The notes under the pieces are model-generated. The model made no database searches, was not told where the DNA came from, and worked only from the letters and a program-made list of their open reading frames with translations. This document shows positions 56,046 through 64,000 of a DNA stretch of 64,000 nt, piece by piece. Origin of the DNA: Vulcanimicrobiota bacterium (GTDB taxonomy: Bacteria; Vulcanimicrobiota; Vulcanimicrobiia; Vulcanimicrobiales; Vulcanimicrobiaceae). Each line of letters opens with the position of its first letter. The first letter of the stretch is position 1. The stretch is taken from positions 608,001 to 672,000 of the forward strand of contig CAVRQT010000003.1 in the NCBI GenBank assembly GCA_963723515.1, in the 5' to 3' direction. The translations under genes and the position numbers were made by a program.

Positions 56046-56659
56046 TCTTCTCTCGTATTCGCGGCCAGATCGTCGAACGCGGCGAAGATCGCGTGGTGCT
56101 CGAAAGCGGCGGCCTTTCGTACGAGATCTTGCTCCCGCCATGCATCTCGGAGAAGGTGGGCGGAACGGATGGAACAGACGTCGCGCTCGAGATCCACTCC
56201 GTCCTGAATTTGGAAGGCAATGCCGGCCGCTTTTCATTCTACGGCTTCACGAATGCGATCGAGCGTGAGTTCTTCGAGGCCTTGATCAGCGTCGCAAGCA
56301 TCGGCCCAAAATCCGCTGCGCGCGCCTTTTCGCAGCCGATGTCGAAGATCGCTGAGGCGATCGAGCGCGGTGACCATGCGTTCTTGCAGACGCTGCCCGG
56401 AATCGGTCAGCAAAAAGCGCGCGATATCGTCGCCAAGCTGCAAGGAAAGGTGGCGCGCTTTCTCTTGATTCAAGAAGCGCCAACGCCCGCGCATCCACCG
56501 ATTCCCGACTTCGCGGATGAAGCGCTTGCGGTGCTGCTGCAGCTGGAGTACAAGCGGAGCGAGGCGGAGGCGATGATCCGTTCAACGCTTGCGGCTGCGC
56601 CGAACATTCGCGACGCGGAGACGCTTCTCGCGGAAATCTACCGGCAGAGAACGGCGTGA
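56045..56659 (+). CDS. ruvA: Holliday junction branch migration protein; probable ATC start
   Basis: (I)FSRIRGQIVE N-terminus in frame, FYGF...ERE.F..LISV.SIGPK, PGIG..KA; lies between ruvC and ruvB. Confidence 0.93.
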   Translation: MFSRIRGQIVERGEDRVVLESGGLSYEILLPPCISEKVGGTDGTDVALEIHSVLNLEGNAGRFSFYGFTNAIEREFFEALISVASIGPKSAARAFSQPMSKIAEAIERGDHAFLQTLPGIGQQKARDIVAKLQGKVARFLLIQEAPTPAHPPIPDFADEALAVLLQLEYKRSEAEAMIRSTLAAAPNIRDAETLLAEIYRQRTA

Positions 56660-57720
56660 CGGAAAACGCACGAAAGAAGATGCTCGGACCGGAGGACGCT
56701 TCGGCGCGGGTTATCGATCCGGCAACGTCGCTCGAAGATGAAGTGTATGTTGCATCATTGCGGCCGCGCAGTTTCGATGAGTACGTCGGCCAAGTCGACG
56801 TCGTTGAAAATCTCAAGATCGCGATCGATGCAGCGCGCCAGCGCGATCAAACGCTGGAGCACATCCTCTTTTACGGGCCGCCCGGTCTTGGAAAGACGAC
56901 GCTGGCGTCGCTGATCGCAAAGGAGCTCGGTAACGCGCTGCGGCCGACGTCGGGGCCGACGCTCGAGAAACCCAAAGATCTGGTCGGGATCTTGACGGCG
57001 CTCGAGGCGGGCGACATTTTCTTCGTTGATGAGATCCATCGGCTCGGAAGAGTCGTTGAGGAGTTCCTCTATCCGGCGATGGAGGAGTTCAAGATTGACT
57101 TCATCGTCGATCGCGGCGCATACGCAAAGACGTTAAAGCTGCCGCTCAAGCAGTTCACACTCGTGGGCGCGACGACTCGCGCCGGCATGCTCTCCGCGCC
57201 GCTGCGCGAGCGCTTTGGCATCACCTACCATCTCGACTACTACTCACCGGAGGAACTCGCAAAGATCGTCACCCGTTCTGCCACCTTGCTGACCGTTCCG
57301 ATCGACGAAGATGCCGCGCGCACGATCGCTTCACGCAGTCGCGGCACGCCGCGCATTGCAAACCGCCTGCTGCGGCGCGTTCGGGACTACGCGCAGGTTC
57401 GCGCCGGCGGCCACATCACCAGGGAAGTGGCGGATGAGGCGCTGCGGCGCGAGGGTGTCGACGAGCTCGGACTCGACAAACTCGATCGAGCGTTTCTGCG
57501 GACGATTATCGAGAATTACGGCGGCGGACCGGTAGGCATGGCGGCGATTGCGGCGACGCTCACCGAAGATTCGGAGACGCTCGAGGACGTCGTCGAGCCG
57601 TTTCTTCTGAAAGAAGGGCTTGTCGTACGAACGGCAAGCGGACGCAAAGCGACGCCGGCAGCATACGAACATTTTGGAATCGCGCAGCGCGGAGCCGCGC
57701 GTCAAGAGCGTTTGATCTAA
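56656..57720 (+). CDS. ruvB: Holliday junction helicase
   Basis: LRP..F.EYVGQ, GPPGLGKTT, DEIHR, GATTRAG, RGTPRIANRLLRR. Confidence 0.98.
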   Translation: MTENARKKMLGPEDASARVIDPATSLEDEVYVASLRPRSFDEYVGQVDVVENLKIAIDAARQRDQTLEHILFYGPPGLGKTTLASLIAKELGNALRPTSGPTLEKPKDLVGILTALEAGDIFFVDEIHRLGRVVEEFLYPAMEEFKIDFIVDRGAYAKTLKLPLKQFTLVGATTRAGMLSAPLRERFGITYHLDYYSPEELAKIVTRSATLLTVPIDEDAARTIASRSRGTPRIANRLLRRVRDYAQVRAGGHITREVADEALRREGVDELGLDKLDRAFLRTIIENYGGGPVGMAAIAATLTEDSETLEDVVEPFLLKEGLVVRTASGRKATPAAYEHFGIAQRGAARQERLI

Positions 57721-58733
57721 TGATGAACCGCAAAACGTTCTGCCTAGCCTCGAGCGCCGCAGCGGCGTCGGTTGCATTCGCGCGCGCTGCCTTTGCCGTC
57801 GACGTTCCGACGATCCGCGTCTTGCTTGGCCGGGGAAGCGCGTTGCCTCTGGACGCCGATTCGTTCTCGTTCGGCACGCGAGTCTTTCGCGGACGGTTCT
57901 CCGCCTTGCCCGACGGTCAAGTGATCAACATCGTCACGCTCGAGCAGTATTTATACGGCGTCGTACCGATGGAGACACCGCGTGTCTGGCCGGCTGCGAC
58001 CTTACAAGCGCAAGCGATTCTGGCGCGCACGTTCGCCTTGGCAAGAATCAATACGGAACGGCCGTACGATCTTGTCGCGTCACAACGCGATCAGGCGTAC
58101 GGCGGCGTCAGCGCGGAGCATCCGGAGACAACCGATGCGGTCAATGCGACCGAAGGTCAAATCGTGATGTACGATGGCGCTCCCGCTTCCGTTTCGTATA
58201 TGTCGTGTTGTGGCGGCCATACCGAGGCGGCGTCGGACGCTTGGACCGGCGGAGCGGATCATCCCTATCTGCAAGGTGTCGTCTGCAACTATTGCTCCGC
58301 TTCGCCCGATTACCGATGGACCGCAACCGTTGCGTGGCTCCCGTTTGTCAACGCGCTCTCACCGCAGTTCGACGGCTTTGGGCCGTTGCACAGCGCGACC
58401 ATTGCTGCCCTAACACGCAGTGGACGCGCGAAGATGCTGCGCTTTTCGGACGGCGCTCAGCAACGTATGGTGAGCGGCGCGGACTTTCGGCGCGCCGCGG
58501 GAGCGGCGACCGTCAAGAGTCTGCTCTTGCGATCGGTACGCGTCGGTCAGAGCGGCACCGATCTCGCCGATCCGGCGGAGAATTCGCCGGCCATCGTGGT
58601 CGATGGAGCCGGGCGCGGGCATGGCGTCGGATTGTGCCAGTGGGGCGCCCGCGGACTTGGATTGCAAGGCCGCCCAGCGGACGAGATCGTCGGATATTAC
58701 TTTCCGGGGACGCAAGTCGCCCGAGTTTCCTAG
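57720..58733 (+). CDS. SpoIID/LytB domain protein
   Basis: LEQYLYGVVP.E, LQAQAILART, DQAY, GRGHGVGLCQWGA, YYFPG. Confidence 0.93.
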   Translation: MMNRKTFCLASSAAAASVAFARAAFAVDVPTIRVLLGRGSALPLDADSFSFGTRVFRGRFSALPDGQVINIVTLEQYLYGVVPMETPRVWPAATLQAQAILARTFALARINTERPYDLVASQRDQAYGGVSAEHPETTDAVNATEGQIVMYDGAPASVSYMSCCGGHTEAASDAWTGGADHPYLQGVVCNYCSASPDYRWTATVAWLPFVNALSPQFDGFGPLHSATIAALTRSGRAKMLRFSDGAQQRMVSGADFRRAAGAATVKSLLLRSVRVGQSGTDLADPAENSPAIVVDGAGRGHGVGLCQWGARGLGLQGRPADEIVGYYFPGTQVARVS

Positions 58734-58747
58734 CGCAAGCCACGGCA

Positions 58748-59812
58748 ATCGGTGCGGAGCGGCTGACTGCCGCATACGATTACGAACTGCCGACGGAACT
58801 GATCGCGCAAGAGCATGCGCGACCCCGGGATGCTTCGCGTCTTCTGGTCGCACGCGATGCTGCGCTCGAGCATCGCATCTTTCACGAATTGCCGGGCATC
58901 TTGCGCCCCGAAGACCTGCTGGTCCTCAACGATACGCGTGTCATCGCGGCGCGCGTGTATGGACGGCGCATTCCGACGGGCGGCAAGTTGGAAGTCTTGC
59001 TATTGCGGCCGGCAGCCAAACCGGAATACGATCCAAGCGCGACGCGCTGGTTGGCCCTCGCAAATCCCGCACGAAAGGCGCGCGCGGGCGATCGCATTCA
59101 ATTCGATCGTTTCGGAACCGCGACCGTCACCGGCGTCCACGAAGACGGCGCGCGTGAGCTGCAACTCGATTTGGCGGTTTCGCTTGAAGAATTTCTTACC
59201 GCTGCCGGCCGTCTGCCACTGCCTCCCTACGTGCACGACGATTCCGCACGGAACCAAGAAGACTACCAGACGATTTTCGCGGCACATCCCGGAAGCGTCG
59301 CGGCGCCGACTGCGGCGCTGCATTTTACCGAGCGCACGTTTGGCGATCTTGCGAGGCGCGGCATCGAGAGTTGCTTTCTCACGCTGCAGGTTGGTTTAGG
59401 GACGTTTCGGCCAGTGCGCACCGAATCGGTCGATGCGCATCGGATGCACGTCGAGTGCTTCGACATTCCGGCGCGGACAGCGCAAATCGTGACGGATGCA
59501 AAGCGGAGTGGACGCCGCATCGTGGCCGTCGGCACAACCGTGGTTCGTTCTTTGGAAGGCGCTGCGGCGGATGACGGATCGCTTCGTGCCGGTCCAGCAC
59601 AGACTGATCTTTTCATCACGCCAGGCTATCGCTTCCGCATCGTGGACGCGTTGCTGACGAATTTCCATTTGCCACGCTCAACATTGCTGATGCTCGTCAG
59701 CGCATTTGCGGGCCGAGAGCGCGTCCTCGAGGCGTATAAGGAGGCCGTTCGGCGGCGATATCGCTTCTTTTCGTTTGGCGACGCAATGCTGCTGTGCCGG
59801 GTAAAGCAGTAA
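58748..59812 (+). CDS. queA: S-adenosylmethionine:tRNA ribosyltransferase-isomerase; start codon non-canonical or uncertain
   Basis: YDYELP.ELIAQ, NDTRVI.AR, PLPPY, GSVAAPTA.LHF, AVGTT, TNFHLPRST, YRFFSFGDAM. Confidence 0.96.
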   Translation: MGAERLTAAYDYELPTELIAQEHARPRDASRLLVARDAALEHRIFHELPGILRPEDLLVLNDTRVIAARVYGRRIPTGGKLEVLLLRPAAKPEYDPSATRWLALANPARKARAGDRIQFDRFGTATVTGVHEDGARELQLDLAVSLEEFLTAAGRLPLPPYVHDDSARNQEDYQTIFAAHPGSVAAPTAALHFTERTFGDLARRGIESCFLTLQVGLGTFRPVRTESVDAHRMHVECFDIPARTAQIVTDAKRSGRRIVAVGTTVVRSLEGAAADDGSLRAGPAQTDLFITPGYRFRIVDALLTNFHLPRSTLLMLVSAFAGRERVLEAYKEAVRRRYRFFSFGDAMLLCRVKQ

Positions 59813-59840
59813 TCCAAGACGCGCTGGTACGCGTACCAGC
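59810..59840 (+). promoter_or_regulatory. Putative ECF sigma promoter overlapped by a perfect palindrome
   Basis: TAATCC-N16-CGTA ending 8 nt before ATG 59844; 18-bp palindrome GCTGGTACGCGTACCAGC at 59823-59840. Confidence 0.5.
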
Positions 59841-59843
59841 AGC

Positions 59844-60176
59844 ATGAAGAAGATATCTATCCTCATGCTTGCGACGCTCTTGGGCAGCGCCGCACTGATC
59901 GGTAGTGCGCCCATGACCTCAGTCGTTCACGTCAAAGACTTCGCATTTCGACCGGCGTCATTGACGGTGACGGCGGGTCAACGCGTTACGTTTCAAAACG
60001 ACGACGATGAAGCCCATACGGTGACGGCGACCGACAAATCGTTTGACTCCGCCGGTCTGGATAGTGGCCAGAGTTGGACGCATACGTTCGATAAGCCCGG
60101 AACGTACACGTATTTCTGCGCGCTCCATCCCTACATGAAAGGCAAAATCATCGTGCTTCCGGAGAAGCGGTCGTGA
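59844..60176 (+). CDS. Secreted cupredoxin (amicyanin/plastocyanin-like type-1 copper protein)
   Basis: Signal peptide, AHTVT, YFCALHPYMKG. Confidence 0.93.
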   Translation: MKKISILMLATLLGSAALIGSAPMTSVVHVKDFAFRPASLTVTAGQRVTFQNDDDEAHTVTATDKSFDSAGLDSGQSWTHTFDKPGTYTYFCALHPYMKGKIIVLPEKRS

Positions 60177-61051
60177 AACGCCGCGACTTCGTCGAGCATG
60201 TCGGCTGGACCGGGGCCGGAATCGCTTGGACGTTAACTGCTGCCGGCACGCTGACCGCGGCGGCCAGTGCTGCCGGGAGCGGCTTGACGTTCGTGCAGAT
60301 CAGCGACAGCCACATCGGCTTTTCGCGTCCGGAGAATCCCGACGTCATCGGGACCCTGCGCAAGACGGTACAAGCGATCAACCGGCGTGCGGTTCGGCCG
60401 GCGTTCGTCGTGCATACCGGCGACATCACGCATCTCTCAAAACCCGAACAATTCGATACCGCGAAGTCGGTCCTCGCGGAGCTCGATGCGCCTGTTTTGT
60501 ATTTGCCCGGTGAACACGACGTGATTGGATCGCCCGCTGAATACTTCAAATTCTTCTCTCGGCCCGATGCGAAGGATGGGTGGTTCTCATTCGATCAAGC
60601 CGGTGCACATTTTGTCGTGCTGGTCAACGTCTTCAATTTCGAGCGCATGGGTCTCATGGGTCAGACGCAACTCGATTGGCTAACCAAAGATCTCGCTTCG
60701 CAAAAGACGTCAACACCCATCGTCGTCTTCGCGCATGTGCCGCTATACGCGCTGTATCCGCAATGGGGTTGGACCACTGAAGACGGCAGCAAAGCACTCG
60801 CGTTGCTGCGGCGCTTCGATCGGGTTACGGTTTTGAGCGGCCACATTCATCAGATCATCGAGCACACGGAAGGTAACATTCGATTTGCGACCGCGAATTC
60901 GACGGCGTATCCGCAACCAAAGCCCGGAACCGCTGCCCAGCCCGGTCCACTCATGGTGCCTCCAAGTCAGCTGCTCGGAGTAATCGGCTACCGGACGGTG
61001 CAACTTCAAAACGATGGGGGAAGCGCGCTTTCCGACGTCCGCTTGGGGTGA
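60173..61051 (+). CDS. Tat-exported calcineurin-like metallophosphoesterase
   Basis: KRRDFV signal, QISDSH, HTGD, PGEHD, GHIH. Confidence 0.92.
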   Translation: MKRRDFVEHVGWTGAGIAWTLTAAGTLTAAASAAGSGLTFVQISDSHIGFSRPENPDVIGTLRKTVQAINRRAVRPAFVVHTGDITHLSKPEQFDTAKSVLAELDAPVLYLPGEHDVIGSPAEYFKFFSRPDAKDGWFSFDQAGAHFVVLVNVFNFERMGLMGQTQLDWLTKDLASQKTSTPIVVFAHVPLYALYPQWGWTTEDGSKALALLRRFDRVTVLSGHIHQIIEHTEGNIRFATANSTAYPQPKPGTAAQPGPLMVPPSQLLGVIGYRTVQLQNDGGSALSDVRLG

Positions 61052-61574
61052 TCTGCAGCTCGAAAGCGATTTTGCGGAACGCCGCGCCGGCGCATTCGAG
61101 CGAGCTTACACGGTGTTCATGCCGCTCTTAGTGTCGGTTGCCGATACGGTGCTGCACGATCGCATGGAAGCACAGGATTGTGCGCACGAAACGTTCATGA
61201 AGATCTGGAACGATCCGCAGAGCTATCGGCGCGGCCGCGGCGAGCTGTATCCGTTCTTGACCGTCTGCGTCCGAAACAGGGCGATCACGACAATTCGCGC
61301 CTCCGAGCGACGCGCTGAAATCGTGGCGGCGCAACCGCGCGAGAGCGCGATCGAGACGTTCGAGATTACGGACTTCCTGCAGCGCTCCCAGCTTGCGGCG
61401 GCGTTGAAGACCCTGCCGCGCGAACAGTGGGAAGTCTTGCGGCTTTCATTTTTCGATTATTTGACGCACGAACAGATCGCGCGGCGATTAAATTTGCCGT
61501 TAGGCACAGTCAAGAGCCGAATTTCGCTCGCCTTACGAAAGCTACGCGCCGCCTTGCCGGATGATGCTGCATGA
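61014..61574 (+). CDS. ECF RNA polymerase sigma factor (SigK-like)
   Basis: AQDCAHETF..IW, RNRAI, THEQIA..LNLPLGTVKSRI. Confidence 0.92.
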   Translation: MGEARFPTSAWGDLQLESDFAERRAGAFERAYTVFMPLLVSVADTVLHDRMEAQDCAHETFMKIWNDPQSYRRGRGELYPFLTVCVRNRAITTIRASERRAEIVAAQPRESAIETFEITDFLQRSQLAAALKTLPREQWEVLRLSFFDYLTHEQIARRLNLPLGTVKSRISLALRKLRAALPDDAA

Positions 61575-62218
61575 ATCACCTCGAGGAACTCGCCGAGCTC
61601 TACGCACTCGGCTCGCTTACCGCTGAAGAAGAAGTACGTTTGAACGCTCATATTGCAACGTGCGAAGAATGCCGAAAACGCGTCAACGACGCTGAGAAAG
61701 TCGTCGCTAGAGTGGCGACCGAGCAGGCGAAGAGCAGGATGCCGGGCCGACCGGTTGCGATTTCGCGCCGCCCTTCGCCCGTGTGGCGCTATGCCATCGG
61801 ATTTGCGGCCGGTTTGATTTTGCCGCTGCTCTTGCTCGTTCCGCCGGCCTTACGAGCTCGTTACAATGCGCAAGAGTCGCACGTTGCTTTCTCGGCCCTT
61901 GTCAACAGTCACTTTAGTCATGTTGCGTTCGTGCGCCGAACTGCTGATGCGCCGCGCGCGAAGTTGCTCTACGAACGAACCGGTGCTTGGCTTCTTGTGG
62001 TCGCGTTGAACTCGAAAAGCGATCTGGCGGTCTTGCTGCGCAGCGGCCACACCGTCCGCGCCGCCGGAACGATTCACGCGAATCTTCCGGATGCGGAGGT
62101 GTTCGTCCCTGAACCAGGCGCCGTAAGCGAGGTACTCTTAGCGCGTGGCGGAGTCGTTGTTGGCGACGCGCGACCCGTATTTACTTCCCAATCTCCGGGG
62201 AACGGGGCGCCACGGTGA
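61571..62218 (+). CDS. Anti-sigma factor (RskA-like, zf-HC2)
   Basis: YALGSL, HIATCEEC zinc motif, single TM. Confidence 0.85.
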   Translation: MNHLEELAELYALGSLTAEEEVRLNAHIATCEECRKRVNDAEKVVARVATEQAKSRMPGRPVAISRRPSPVWRYAIGFAAGLILPLLLLVPPALRARYNAQESHVAFSALVNSHFSHVAFVRRTADAPRAKLLYERTGAWLLVVALNSKSDLAVLLRSGHTVRAAGTIHANLPDAEVFVPEPGAVSEVLLARGGVVVGDARPVFTSQSPGNGAPR

Positions 62219-63839
62219 TCGTCTTGGCGCCGGTGTAAGACACGAGCCCCGGCGCGGCGCCGCGGCGCTTGCGCACGTGTTTTCGCGACGTGTAGTCGAC
62301 GTCGACTTTCTGTCGTTGCTTCGCGCGAGAAAAGAATGCGGCAAAGGATGCCGCAAGTTCGAGATCGTTCTCGGGAGCTTCCCTTCGGTCGTCCCGTTGC
62401 AAGATGACATGCGCGCCGGGAGTATTGCGCGCGTGAAACCACAGATCGCTCGAACGCGCGACCGTAAAGGTTAGCTCGGCATTCTCAACCGGCGAGCGTC
62501 CGACGAGAATTCTTGAGCCGCCCGGCGCGGTGACGACGATCCGCTCGCGCTTCGCGCGACGTTTCGGCACGCCGGGAGGCGGCTTGATTCCGAGCACCGT
62601 TTGAGCGGCTTGTGCGACGTCCGCCAGATCATCATCGGCGGCGCGTTCCAGCTCCCAAGCAATATTGTCGACGTCTTTGCCTTTTTGCACGAGCGCCGCG
62701 CGACGCTTTTCCAGCGGTGCAAGAGAGCTGCCCAAGCGCTTGTACCGCGCGAAAAGCGATGCGGCAGTCGTTTTGGCTGCTGCTTGCTCCCCTGGATTGC
62801 GCTCGTAGAGCGTGGCGAAAATAGCCTCGGCTTCCTTACGTAACGCGTCGCGTTCCTCGACCGCTTCGAGCTGCTTGTCGATGGCGGAGATTTGCGTTTG
62901 TATCTTCGATTGCTCTTGAGCGAGCTTCTTGGCGAGTTCTCGGCGGCGCTTCGCGGGCTCACCCTCGCTCGCCGCGCTCTTGCTCGCTCCGGTGATTTCA
63001 TTGAAGAGCGGCAGCAATTCTGCTGCACGCGAGCAATCGAGCGCGGCGAATTGGCGCAGCGGCACCACGTGCGCCTGCACGAGTCGGCTGCCCTCGCGAT
63101 ACACGAAGAGCTGTTCCGACTTCGCGGCTTGCTGCGCGCGGTCCAGCAACTGATCGGCTTCGGCTAGAAGCTTACGCGCCCGCTGCTCGGGACGCTGCGA
63201 CGCGTCCTCACCGTCGCTCAACAACGAATTCGCCAGCAGCTGCGGCAACTGCGGCCGGACGCCGCGCAAGGCACGCCCGGCAGCAGCTTCGTCTTGCGCT
63301 TGCAGTGCAACCGTGAGGTCGTCTACAGCCCGTGGCGATGGCTGTTGCGGCGGAGGCGGTTCGTATCGCGCGCCCGACCGAATCGTCCGGCCGGCTCGCG
63401 CGGCCGATCTGAACTCTTTGTAAGCGGCGACGATCGTATGGTCTTTCAGTAAGAGGAGGTTACCGAACCGCGGGATGAGCTCGGCAAGCATCTGGTAGCC
63501 GGCCTCAACGCCGAATCGCGACCGCGCTGCGAATTCGAAGCCTACGATCCGCTCGCGTGCAATCGCGCCTACCTGCGTGAGCGTTAAACCGCGCAGTGTG
63601 GCACCTGCCCTGCGAATAAAGCCCGCCTCCGGCGTGAGCCTAAGGGCGCCTGAGCCGATTGTGATGATCGGTACGCGTCCGAAGAGATCGAAGATGATAA
63701 AGCGTGTGGTCCCTTTGCGCCAGCACTCGAGCGCGACGCGCCCGTCGTCCAGGTGGCCGAGCGCGGTGACGCGAGAACGGCCGGCTGCGGCATCGAGCTC
63801 GCCGGAAAGCCGTTCGATGAGGAGCCAATCGGTGAACAC
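62181..63839 (-). CDS. rqcH: NFACT / Rqc2-homolog ribosome quality control protein (FbpA family)
   Basis: ERIV.FEF, AELIPRFGNLLL, IRSG..YEPPP, ILVGRS..EN, DLWFHARNTPGAHV, VDYT..KHVRK; GTG start at 63839. Confidence 0.9.
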   Translation of the reverse strand: MFTDWLLIERLSGELDAAAGRSRVTALGHLDDGRVALECWRKGTTRFIIFDLFGRVPIITIGSGALRLTPEAGFIRRAGATLRGLTLTQVGAIARERIVGFEFAARSRFGVEAGYQMLAELIPRFGNLLLLKDHTIVAAYKEFRSAARAGRTIRSGARYEPPPPQQPSPRAVDDLTVALQAQDEAAAGRALRGVRPQLPQLLANSLLSDGEDASQRPEQRARKLLAEADQLLDRAQQAAKSEQLFVYREGSRLVQAHVVPLRQFAALDCSRAAELLPLFNEITGASKSAASEGEPAKRRRELAKKLAQEQSKIQTQISAIDKQLEAVEERDALRKEAEAIFATLYERNPGEQAAAKTTAASLFARYKRLGSSLAPLEKRRAALVQKGKDVDNIAWELERAADDDLADVAQAAQTVLGIKPPPGVPKRRAKRERIVVTAPGGSRILVGRSPVENAELTFTVARSSDLWFHARNTPGAHVILQRDDRREAPENDLELAASFAAFFSRAKQRQKVDVDYTSRKHVRKRRGAAPGLVSYTGAKTITVAPRSPEIGK

Positions 63840-63916
63840 GCAGCGGTCTCCGACAAAAATCGTCTTCGGCCTTCGCGGGGAGGCCTTGGCTCGATGAGTG
63901 GGAATTGCGTGCACTC

Positions 63917-64000
63917 GTGGTTGGCCCGGGTCTGCTCTTCGTGGTCTCGGGGCCATCTGGTGCCGGAAAGGATACGTTGGTCGAGGCGCTGCGCCAGCGC
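63917..64000 (+). CDS. gmk: Guanylate kinase, 5' fragment (not in the ORF track)
   Basis: Manual translation VVGPGLLFVVSGPSGAGKDTLVEALRQR; alternative TTG start at 63905. Confidence 0.88.
   Translation, partial: MVGPGLLFVVSGPSGAGKDTLVEALRQR

Noticed and set aside
58205..58747. N-terminal extensions on the ORF-track versions of queA, and likewise carA, pyrC, DUF58 and rqcH
   Set aside because: They are open alternative frames overlapping the neighbouring gene, and homology begins only at the downstream start.

Overview
This is a 64-kb chromosomal window from a GC-rich bacterium. The gene order is Terrabacteria-like (yqeG-aroE, DUF4446, PASTA kinase, spoIID-queA, rqcH-gmk) and there is a GAAC-N4-GTTC LexA box; Eremiobacterota/Vulcanimicrobiota is my inference, not a verified assignment. 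Content is mostly housekeeping: intein-containing class II ribonucleotide reductase, serA plus a PspA-type phosphatase, icd, kup, a tyrosine-catabolism cluster (hppD, hmgA, fahA, no maiA), SRP RNA, lepA-rdgB, eight tRNAs, ada, tig-clpP-clpX, valS, pyrR-pyrB-pyrC-carA, a MoxR/VWA module, carB, pbp-pknB, ruvCAB, queA, an ECF module, rqcH and the start of gmk. Many conserved genes left of ~40.3 kb carry small frameshifts that look like long-read errors. The observations most worth follow-up are: a ~264-nt nested-stem RNA that sequesters the carB start codon and contains an AGA-AGA mini-ORF; a ClpN-PdxH fusion; a free-standing HNH nuclease gene whose stop codon lies inside tRNA-Pro; a fungal-Egt1-like sulfoxide synthase coupled to hppD; a candidate for the missing maleylacetoacetate isomerase; recurrent ATC/CTG start codons; NrdR plus LexA sites at nrdJ; an E. 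coli-like Ada box with a leaderless uORF; and several palindromic or tRNA-derived repeats. All calls were made by eye without database searches.
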